Below are positions 10,594-19,070 of a DNA stretch of 64,000 bases, in pieces. Under the pieces are notes generated by a model. The model was not told where the DNA came from. It was given only the letters and a program-made list of their open reading frames with translations, and did not search any database. A program made the translations under genes and the position numbers. Numbering within the stretch: the first letter of the stretch is position 1; the number at the start of each line of letters is the position of its first letter. The DNA is from Promethearchaeota archaeon (GTDB lineage: Archaea; Asgardarchaeota; Lokiarchaeia; Sigyniarchaeales; SOKP01), in assembly GCA_029838195.1 (NCBI GenBank), contig JALGVJ010000042.1, positions 15,224-79,223 of the forward strand, in the 5' to 3' direction.

Positions 10594-10830
10594 CTAATTT
10601 TTCTGTTTGGTTACTTTCCGACTTGAAGATACATGATATAGAAAGATTGACATGAAAATTGTGCCGATGGGAAGGAGGATGATTCCGATTAGAATGGAAT
10701 TTAAAGCGGTTGGTAAGGGTTCATTAAATTGATTTAACAAAATGATTCCGAACACGAGTAGATTTAGCCTGATTATCGTGATTATAAGAAAGAGCGCGCC
10801 AAGATAGAGATTAATTTTAAATTTGCTCAT
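10594..10830 (-). CDS. Small two-TM membrane protein
   Basis: 78-aa ORF with two hydrophobic segments and a basic tail. Confidence 0.6.
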   Translation of the reverse strand: MSKFKINLYLGALFLIITIIRLNLLVFGIILLNQFNEPLPTALNSILIGIILLPIGTIFMSIFLYHVSSSRKVTKQKN

Positions 10831-10987
10831 AATCTGAAAACATAATAAGAATAAAAAAAAGATTTGTGTTTAAGATCGCAAATGAAAGATTTTTCTTGTA
10901 ATGAACACGTTTTTGGTATATTAATCCCCTTAACAGCATTCTTTTATAAATTTGAAAGTAGAGTAAAAAATTTAAAAAAAATTCCTT

Positions 10988-11003
10988 GCGAACTAAAGTT
11001 CGC
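10988..11003. promoter_or_regulatory. Perfect inverted repeat GCGAACT-AA-AGTTCGC in a divergent intergenic region
   Basis: 7-bp perfect arms, GC-rich in an AT-rich spacer. Confidence 0.4.
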
Positions 11004-11222
11004 TTCTAATCACTAAAATTTTTTCCTTTAATTATAAGATGGATTATATCAAGGAAAAAAAAAATAAAAATAAATACTATAAAGGTCATATTTTTATTCA
11101 GATATTTCCATGGAAATTAATGAAATGAAAAGAAAGAACGGCGATTTATTTTGAAATAGTTGCAAGTGAATGAAAAGAAAATCAAAATAAATTTCATTAA
11201 TAAATAAAAAGAGTTTAAAAAC

Positions 11223-12476
11223 ATGATTCAAGGTATTTTAACTTTTCAATTTATTTTAAATCAAACTGAAAGTGGAGAAATTCATCCAGAATTTCGACCA
11301 ATTGAGCTCGTTTTTGGAGAAAGCGGATTTAACGAAGAAAATTATTTAGAGTTAATTTCGGAAAATGACATATTTGCTATTTTTTATAATCATACCACGG
11401 GAATTCAAAGGGGGACAGAAAAACTTAGAAATTTTTTCTCCGGCCGTTTAAAAGAAAAACCTTATCAAGTCATATCTTTTTATAAACAAGAAGAGGGTGG
11501 CTCTCAATTCTTAACGATCTCCGTTTTTAATTTAACGGATGAACTTGATATCTTTGAAGATTTAATTAATAAGATGGCGCTCCGCATGGATCCTTTATTT
11601 AAAGCTTTAGAGACTGCGGTTAAGACGAATCAAATGTCCATTTTAACTAACATTCGAACAAGAATTCGAAACGAATTAGAGTTCACGTTATTTCAAGTCA
11701 TGCGATTGTCAAATCTGGATAAAACGCAAAAAGCAGCGTCTATTTTTACAAGCGATGAGAGACTTGAAATATTGAAGATTTTAAGAGAACGCCCAATTTC
11801 GAAAGTAGAACTAAAGGAGATTCTTGAAACAATAAAGGAAAATGCCAATATAGAAATCTTACTTGAACCCTTTTTAGAATTAAACTTGATACGACGGGAT
11901 TGGATTGAAGGAAGCCGGGATAAAAAAACGGGACGAATCACGCACCGCGGAGAATATTTATTTTTAGTAAAAGACATTATTTTAGCCCGTGTTCCCAATT
12001 TAAAACTTTTAGAAAGTTTAAAAGACTTTCGAGAGGATCTTCATGAAAAATTTGAAAAACGATTGACTTCTTATTTTGAAAAGTATGACCCAATAACTCA
12101 ATCCATTGAAGAAACAAAGCAATTAGCCTCTCTTCTTTTAGACCCCGATATTTATGACAATATTGCGTTAATGAGGAGTAAATTTTATCCCAGAGATAAA
12201 ATTCCGAATGTTTTCTCAGATTTTGCCGATACGGAAAAAATGCTTGAAAGATTAAAAGAAATGGATATAATCACCGAAATTCGGGATAATAAAAATAGAC
12301 AATGGTTATTTCTAATGTGTGATATTAAACCAATCATAATATTTCCCGAATACCTCATGCCAAAAATTAGGGAGGCCTATAAGGGGGAAAAGAAGGAAAG
12401 CACGATTACATTAGAAATCGCCAAAAAAGCATATGATTTATTAGAAACCACCTATAATGAAAAAGTAGAATTTTAA
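11223..12476 (+). CDS. Uncharacterised protein, predicted longin-like N-terminus plus two winged-helix domains
   Basis: Beta-beta-alpha-beta-beta-beta-alpha pattern in aa 1-130; wHTH-like ERLEILKILRERPISKVEL/LLEPFLELNLIRR and DPDIYDNIALMR/LERLKEMDIITEI. Confidence 0.6.
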   Translation: MIQGILTFQFILNQTESGEIHPEFRPIELVFGESGFNEENYLELISENDIFAIFYNHTTGIQRGTEKLRNFFSGRLKEKPYQVISFYKQEEGGSQFLTISVFNLTDELDIFEDLINKMALRMDPLFKALETAVKTNQMSILTNIRTRIRNELEFTLFQVMRLSNLDKTQKAASIFTSDERLEILKILRERPISKVELKEILETIKENANIEILLEPFLELNLIRRDWIEGSRDKKTGRITHRGEYLFLVKDIILARVPNLKLLESLKDFREDLHEKFEKRLTSYFEKYDPITQSIEETKQLASLLLDPDIYDNIALMRSKFYPRDKIPNVFSDFADTEKMLERLKEMDIITEIRDNKNRQWLFLMCDIKPIIIFPEYLMPKIREAYKGEKKESTITLEIAKKAYDLLETTYNEKVEF

Positions 12477-12558
12477 ATTTTTTCAGAAATTTTTTCTAAT
12501 TCAAATTCAAGATTTCTCTATTTCTAACTGAAGGAAAAATTGTAAAATTTCTTGATGA

Positions 12559-14196
12559 TTAATAAGCGAATCTTAGATTCTTAATATATTCAATCATGGT
12601 CTGAACTTGTCTGAAGATTTCTAATTTAAAATCATCACTTAATTGGAATAAAAATATGGAGAAATCTTTTTCTTCCAGTTCTTCATCAAGCTCTAATTGA
12701 TGAATTAAATCTGAATAAGTGGTATCTGAAGCCACACGAAATCCTATCGAAATAACTTTATTTTTCTTAATTTTATTGAAAAGTTTGTGGAGGATTTCTT
12801 TCAATTCGGAAATGTCTTGGACATTTTCCCTCGCATCGAAAATGCATAAAATCCCATCAGAATCCGTAATTTTAAAAGAATAAAAGTCTTGACTCTCTAA
12901 GACCAATCCAAAAGGATACTTGATGATTTTTTTATTCTTTTTTTCTTTAATTAGTGTTTTATCATTGATCGGAAACAATTCTGTAAATAATTGTAATCCC
13001 GGACTCCAGGCAAGATCTTTATTCAAAAAAGTCAGGATCAGCTCCCCCTTATCCTCGAGAATGATATTGATGTTTTCTTTAATAAGAGAACGTAATCGTT
13101 TATTTTCCAATTCTTCAAATCTTTGAATAAAATGATATGAAAGAAAGGTAAAGGCTTCATGAATATTTTCACCCGTTAATGCACTAGTTTCGATAAAAGA
13201 AATCCTCGTTTTAGTGCCCTTACTGAACCGGGATAAATCGGAAAACGGTGTCAAATCTGATTTTATACTAAAAGTAGCAAGTTCAGAGAGTTCCTTAGCT
13301 AAATTAGCACCCTCTTCAAAAGATACTTCACGCTGCTCTTTTAAATCAATCTTATTCCCGATAATGATGATGGGTAAATCCTTATTTTGAGCGAACTCCA
13401 TCAACTCATTATACCACGTTTTAACGTTTTCAAAACTTTTACGTGATGTCGTATCAAAAACCACGAAAGCTGCTTGCGTTCCATTATAATATGTCTTTCT
13501 AAAACGCTTGAAATACTCTTGCGCACCAATATCCCACAAGAGGATATTAATTCTATTACCAAATACTTCGAAATCATGACTTAATACGTTTAATCCAATC
13601 GTAGTTCGATAATCTTGCTGGAATCTCTTTTCTATGAAGCGTCGGATAATAGATGTCTTGCCTACTTGATGGTCTCCTAAGATTATGAATTTAAATTGAA
13701 AATTATATCCCGTGCTTAAATCTTTTTTATAGATTTGGTTTCTCAGATATTTCATGAAGTCGCCCCTTGAAGATTCATGGACCAAATTAGGAAGGATTAA
13801 TTGATTTTCATCAATCGATTCCTCTGAAAGAATTTGAGCCACTTTTTCTGCAAGTAGATATGCAAATGGTGCTATTTTATCGATAGAACCCATGGCCATC
13901 ATTACTAAACTCAATGTAGTGGATTCATCTATAGAAATGAATAATAAGCGGTGGTCTTCCGTATCAAAACTGGCTGTGCCAAATTTTTTAAACTCAAATT
14001 CATTTCTAATTCTGTCTAAAATGGGATTTACTATAGCTGTCAAAAACGAAACTAATTCAATATCGATATTTCTACTTTTCTCTCCTGCAAGAATCAAGCC
14101 CTGGTCATCCGATACAATGACTGCTTCCACGTCCTTATTGATCTCTAAAAAACTTTTTAATAATTTCGTAAAAAAGTAATTTTTATTTACTACCAA
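12559..14196 (-). CDS. Roadblock/LC7 domain plus Rab-like small GTPase plus degenerate GTPase-like C-terminal domain
   Basis: N-term VEAVIVSDDQGLILA (roadblock); G1 GDHQVGKTS, G2 TTIG, G3 WDIGAQ, G4 GNKID, G5 ETSAL. Confidence 0.88.
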   Translation of the reverse strand: MVVNKNYFFTKLLKSFLEINKDVEAVIVSDDQGLILAGEKSRNIDIELVSFLTAIVNPILDRIRNEFEFKKFGTASFDTEDHRLLFISIDESTTLSLVMMAMGSIDKIAPFAYLLAEKVAQILSEESIDENQLILPNLVHESSRGDFMKYLRNQIYKKDLSTGYNFQFKFIILGDHQVGKTSIIRRFIEKRFQQDYRTTIGLNVLSHDFEVFGNRINILLWDIGAQEYFKRFRKTYYNGTQAAFVVFDTTSRKSFENVKTWYNELMEFAQNKDLPIIIIGNKIDLKEQREVSFEEGANLAKELSELATFSIKSDLTPFSDLSRFSKGTKTRISFIETSALTGENIHEAFTFLSYHFIQRFEELENKRLRSLIKENINIILEDKGELILTFLNKDLAWSPGLQLFTELFPINDKTLIKEKKNKKIIKYPFGLVLESQDFYSFKITDSDGILCIFDARENVQDISELKEILHKLFNKIKKNKVISIGFRVASDTTYSDLIHQLELDEELEEKDFSIFLFQLSDDFKLEIFRQVQTMIEYIKNLRFAY

Positions 14197-14271
14197 AATT
14201 GATCTCAGCTTTCTATTTTTTAAAAAAATAGTAGAAAATTAAATAAATAAATTTTGTTTAATTTCTTTTCT

Positions 14272-15546
14272 TTACAATTCGTCAGGATTCTGAGAGTCGT
14301 CAATAAAAACATCGGTATCTTTTAATTCTCCTTGTCCCATGGATTGCTCTAGTGCCGATTTCTCTTCTTCCGTGGCTTTCACTTTTACACCCTTCAGTTT
14401 TGGCCTCAGAATTTTTGCCAACACGCCTAATTGTTTCTCATATTCTTCTTTTAACAATGTTTCTCTGGTTTTTATTTCAAGATCGGGCATTTGTTTCTTT
14501 TTTAGCATTTTCCTAAATTTCCGAAGTTTTCGAATGGGTTTGGGATATTTTAAAACTTTCTGATAAGCAACAAGATAGGAGCTTAATCCAACCACGCCTC
14601 CAATGGCTAACCCAAGATATATTTGAAACAATAAAACATTTTCTTCGGGACTTTGCACGTTCAAGGTTATTTTAAAACGCTCAAAATCATACTCATCTGC
14701 ACCATATACCGTAATCGTTATCGTATACACGCCATCAGGCACGTTAGTATTAGTTATTAGGGCTTGATAAATACCATCTCCATCAGGATCTTCGAGAGTT
14801 CCTTGCCCTCGCTCCCATGTATAATTCACCGTGGCGCCTTTAATTCTGCCTCCGAAATCTAAATCTTTTAATTCAATAGTAAGATTAATATTTTCACCTG
14901 GTTCTATTGTTACGGTGGTGTTTTGATTAATTAAGGCAATTTCAGTTTGAATTCTCTTTACATTAATGGTAATCCGAATTGTTTGAGATTCATAATTACC
15001 TTTAGTTGCTATAATGCTTAAAAATCTGGTTCCTATATCTAAAGTTTCAGATTTTATTCCAATAGAATAAACTTCAGAAGTTGGATCCTCATCTAAAATT
15101 TCATCAATATCTTCTCCCGTAATATTAACTTCAGTACCAGTAATAAAGGCATCCAAGTCTTTGTCTAGATATTCTATTTCTATCGTAATTCGTTTTCCAT
15201 AGGGGATATCAATGGATGGTTTGGATGTTTTTTCCGCCCCATTCAGATATAATTTTAATAGAGTCTCTCTGTGCGTTATTTCCACTCTGAAGAGAATTGA
15301 TTGCGATTCATAATTCGTTTTTTCAGCAATCAATGTAAGATAAAACACTCCAACCCCGAAAACAGCAGAGTTGATGACTTTAGTGTATCTTTGATTAATT
15401 GCATTTAATTGATCTGAATATCCTCCTCCTTCAATTGAAAGATTAGCGGACGCGATATTTTTCTTATTTGCATCTCTATAATAAGCAGTAATATTTATCA
15501 GTTCATTATATGCTGAAGTAATAGATATATCCGTCTCGCTTGACAT
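14272..15546 (-). CDS. C-terminal part of a frameshifted Ig-like-repeat surface protein (TM anchor and basic cytoplasmic tail)
   Basis: Continues the repeats of 15588-18794; TM IYLGLAIGGVVGLSSYLVAY then KYPKPIRKLRKFRK; the frame stays open upstream to about 15629. Confidence 0.8.
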   Translation of the reverse strand: MSSETDISITSAYNELINITAYYRDANKKNIASANLSIEGGGYSDQLNAINQRYTKVINSAVFGVGVFYLTLIAEKTNYESQSILFRVEITHRETLLKLYLNGAEKTSKPSIDIPYGKRITIEIEYLDKDLDAFITGTEVNITGEDIDEILDEDPTSEVYSIGIKSETLDIGTRFLSIIATKGNYESQTIRITINVKRIQTEIALINQNTTVTIEPGENINLTIELKDLDFGGRIKGATVNYTWERGQGTLEDPDGDGIYQALITNTNVPDGVYTITITVYGADEYDFERFKITLNVQSPEENVLLFQIYLGLAIGGVVGLSSYLVAYQKVLKYPKPIRKLRKFRKMLKKKQMPDLEIKTRETLLKEEYEKQLGVLAKILRPKLKGVKVKATEEEKSALEQSMGQGELKDTDVFIDDSQNPDEL

Positions 15547-15818
15547 GTTTTTTCCATTTAAAAATAAATCTAATGTAGAATTTTTCGCTATAACTTCAAA
15601 TTTAATAGTAATGGTTTGAGGCTCATAATATGAATATTTGGTTCCAAATTGTCGGAGAATCCAGGTCCCGTTAAATTTACCGTTGCATCGGGGATAAGAA
15701 CAGGGGGTTCCTGGTCTATATCTATATACTCCAAAGTGATGTTATATATATCGCCGGGAGTAAATGGATCTGCTTCTATAATGACCCCTGTTAAAGATTG
15801 ATGGGTACCGTTAATATA
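15272..15818. repeat. Tandem repeat copy A (642-bp unit with a 73-bp internal deletion)
   Basis: Near-identical to 15841-16460; offset 569 on one side of about 15628 and 642 on the other. Confidence 0.9.
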
Positions 15819-18794
15819 CAATTTTAATTGGGTCTTTCGTTGCGTGACTTCCACTCTGAAGAGAATTGATTGCGCTTCATAATTCGTTTTTTCAGCTATC
15901 AATGTAAGATAAAACACTCCAACCCCGAAAACTGCAGAATTGATGACTTTAGTATATCTTTGATTAATTGCATTTAATTGATCTGAATACCCTCCTCCTT
16001 CAATTGAAAGATTAGCGGAAGCGATGTTCTCCCTATTAGTATCTCTATAATATGCTGTAATATTTATCAGCTCATTATATGCTAAAGTAATAGATATATC
16101 CGTCTCGCTTGACATGTTTTTTCCATTTAAAAATAAATCTAATGTAGAATTTTTCGCTATAACTTCAAATTTAATAGTAATGGTTTGAGGCTCATAATTT
16201 TGTGCCAAGATTGATAAATAGTTCACGCCCCAATTTAAATCTTCGGAATTTAATATCACGGAATAATTATTATGGATATTGGGAAGTAATTTGTCGGAAA
16301 ATCCAGGTCCCGTTAAATTTACCGTTGCATCGGGGATAAGAACATGGGGTTCCTGGTCTATATCTATATACTCCAAAGTGATGTTATATATATCGCCGGG
16401 AGTAAATGGATCTGCCTCTACAATAACTCCTGTCAAAGATTGGCGCGTCCCGTTAATATATAATCTTAGTTCTGTTTGGGTCTGAACGATTTCTATGGTA
16501 ATGAAAACTATTTGAGGTAAACAAGTATCATTTTGAGCATAGATGGTAAAAAAATTAACGCCTTGATTCAATAGTGATGTATTTATGGGAATAGAATAAT
16601 TTTCCGTGCCAAAAGAGCGTAGAACATCGGAGATGCCAGAACCATTAATAGTAACATGCGCTCCTTCTATAAAATCCCCTGTTTGTTTCTCGAAATATGT
16701 CATGTTAATATTAATTGTTTTATTAACGGTACATGCAATATAAGTAGTTTGAGTCCCATTTAGATAAATCATTTTATCAGTACTTTTAGCGTAAATAACT
16801 ACGGTTATTGTTGCTGAATCTATGGTATAATTTTCTTTTTCAGCTGAGATGGATAAATAAGAAACCCCTTCGCTCAAAATTGATGTATCTAAGGTAATAT
16901 TATATTGATTAAAGCCCGATTTATTATTTAAATTACCCAAAAAATTTGTTCCTTCCCATAATTTTACGGTGGCATTGTCAATAAAAGTAGTAGTAGATTG
17001 ATCTATATAATTAACGGTTATATTAAGAGGATCTCCCGAACCTAAACTGATTGATGTCTGTTCCGTGCCATTTAAATAAACCTTTTCAATAGACGCATTT
17101 CTATTCGAAACTCGTACCCGAAAGGTCTTTTCTATTACCTCATAATACCGTCTATAAGCCCTAATTGTTAAATATTTATCACCAAATCCTAAGGGGCCCG
17201 TATCAATTGTTCGATTATATTGATTAAATTGAGGATGGGGGTCTAAAGTTGTATCCAGTCCGGCTCCTTTTAGCGTGACGGTGGCACCATCGATGAAATC
17301 TCCTGTTAAATTAGTATAAATAAAAGTAATGTTGAGAGGGTCTCCAATTCCTACTTCGATTTCTAAAGGTAACGTTTTATTAATTCCATTTAATAATAAA
17401 TCATATTTCGTATCAATTGGCGCTGTATAAACGCTATACCACACGATTAATGACACATTATCGATGGAAATATTTATTCGATGATCCAAGCTAAACTCAT
17501 CTGCTATGAAAACTTGAATGGAAAGATTAATGAACTCATCAACATCAACAAATGGAGTCACGTCTACCCCTTGAGAATCGAATTTCTGCCAGTCAAGCTT
17601 AGAATCGTTCAATTTAACGGTTTGAATAAGTTTATATCCATTAATGTAAATTCGAAATTCGGAATTTGGAGACTTGGTCGCATCCCACCACGTCTCATTA
17701 ATCCTATATTCGAAATTCAGAGTGGCATTTATAATCGATTTATCGGCGCCCTCAATTTTCGTACCTTGTTGGTTCCAAGATTCTGAGGAGAATTCATTAA
17801 TTATCTTTTCATAAGTAAAGGTTAAATTAAGAGATAGGATACGTAATTCAGTCCAATCATCATAATCCTGCCATTGATAGTTATCTTCGCAATGAACTTC
17901 CATTCCAACAATAATAGTAAAATTATCGTGCTCCGGATCTTTATTTAAAACTTGAGTTAGATAATAAATAAGATCTTGTTCAGTTCCTTGAGATTCAATA
18001 GTTTTTTCATTAATTGTATAAAATCCTGTATCATCTCTTCCTAAATCGTTAGTTTGATTATATGCAACCCTATAATAATTATTTAAGTTTAGATCTGAGA
18101 TTTCTATATAAAATATCGCATGATCGTAAATACCTCGTTGATCTAAAGTATCTGATCCTCTTCCAGCATCGCTATCATATTGAGTATCTATATTCCAATT
18201 AACATTAGCATACATCGTTGCATTTAGAAAAGCTGAAGTAATATTGTATTCTGACATATCTATTCCATCCATGCTTACATTGTATCTCCAAGTAATAGTG
18301 GCTACTTGATCTGAAGCATCGTCATGCCATGAATGGCTCACGTGAAAACCCTCATCATCAATTTCACAAGTATCAGGATTAATAGCAGGTTCACTTTTAT
18401 TGAATGCCACCCAACTACTACTATGGGCTATATCAATTGGGTCATCTATTTTTTTAACGTGCGATTCTCCCATTATCTCATAATTTGCGTGTCCTCCGCT
18501 AATCGAGGAATTAATATCGGAATCATCTCCGCTCGTTTCATTTTGCCAATGTGCGTATCCTTGTGAGAAATTTCCATTTGATATGGCATCAATAGATTTA
18601 TAATCATATTCAGAAGAGCGAATTGAATGCGAATTTTCATGATCAATAGGAGTGCTCAATTCCTCCGATTGCTCATTCATATTTATCGTGAAGTCATTGA
18701 AAGGTAACGTGAAGAGGCCCAAATTTAACAAAACGATAAAAGCGATAGTGATAATTAACTTTTTATTTTTGGATATTAATTTACGTAAATTCAT
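15588..18794 (-). CDS. N-terminal part of a large cell-surface protein (signal anchor, beta-rich domain, roughly 100-aa Ig-like repeats), frameshifted near 15628
   Basis: N-terminal hydrophobic segment, many N-x-S/T sequons, repeats of the form LYLNG..NIT..Y.D..I..A.V. Confidence 0.85.
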   Translation of the reverse strand: MNLRKLISKNKKLIITIAFIVLLNLGLFTLPFNDFTINMNEQSEELSTPIDHENSHSIRSSEYDYKSIDAISNGNFSQGYAHWQNETSGDDSDINSSISGGHANYEIMGESHVKKIDDPIDIAHSSSWVAFNKSEPAINPDTCEIDDEGFHVSHSWHDDASDQVATITWRYNVSMDGIDMSEYNITSAFLNATMYANVNWNIDTQYDSDAGRGSDTLDQRGIYDHAIFYIEISDLNLNNYYRVAYNQTNDLGRDDTGFYTINEKTIESQGTEQDLIYYLTQVLNKDPEHDNFTIIVGMEVHCEDNYQWQDYDDWTELRILSLNLTFTYEKIINEFSSESWNQQGTKIEGADKSIINATLNFEYRINETWWDATKSPNSEFRIYINGYKLIQTVKLNDSKLDWQKFDSQGVDVTPFVDVDEFINLSIQVFIADEFSLDHRINISIDNVSLIVWYSVYTAPIDTKYDLLLNGINKTLPLEIEVGIGDPLNITFIYTNLTGDFIDGATVTLKGAGLDTTLDPHPQFNQYNRTIDTGPLGFGDKYLTIRAYRRYYEVIEKTFRVRVSNRNASIEKVYLNGTEQTSISLGSGDPLNITVNYIDQSTTTFIDNATVKLWEGTNFLGNLNNKSGFNQYNITLDTSILSEGVSYLSISAEKENYTIDSATITVVIYAKSTDKMIYLNGTQTTYIACTVNKTININMTYFEKQTGDFIEGAHVTINGSGISDVLRSFGTENYSIPINTSLLNQGVNFFTIYAQNDTCLPQIVFITIEIVQTQTELRLYINGTRQSLTGVIVEADPFTPGDIYNITLEYIDIDQEPHVLIPDATVNLTGPGFSDKLLPNIHNNYSVILNSEDLNWGVNYLSILAQNYEPQTITIKFEVIAKNSTLDLFLNGKNMSSETDISITLAYNELINITAYYRDTNRENIASANLSIEGGGYSDQLNAINQRYTKVINSAVFGVGVFYLTLIAEKTNYEAQSILFRVEVTQRKTQLKLYINGTHQSLTGVIIEADPFTPGDIYNITLEYIDIDQEPPVLIPDATVNLTGPGFSDNLEPNIHIMSLKPLLLNLKL
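15841..16460. repeat. Tandem repeat copy B (two Ig-like domains, 214-codon period)
   Basis: Direct nucleotide match to copy A. Confidence 0.9.
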
Positions 18795-19070
18795 GGATTC
18801 GCCTCTTTATTTTAATATTCGTGAGTTTAATAATAATTTTTTATTTAATTAGATGAAATGATTGGAAGAATAATAAATACTTATTGATCAAGATTAAATA
18901 AATACTTAAATATATCTTTTTATAGGGATAATGTGAGTGAAAATAAATATTTAAAATTATAGTAACAATTTTTACTTCAATGTAAAAAAGGAGAGAATTG
19001 AATTAATCAATTATAAGAGAGATTAAACCATGTTCAATTATTCAAATACATGTTTACTTAGTTTTGGAGC

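Noticed and set aside
10668-10680. TGGGAAGGAGGAT resembling the tRNA-Pro 3' end as an att site
   Set aside because: A short gapped match inside a CDS, with no integrase in the window
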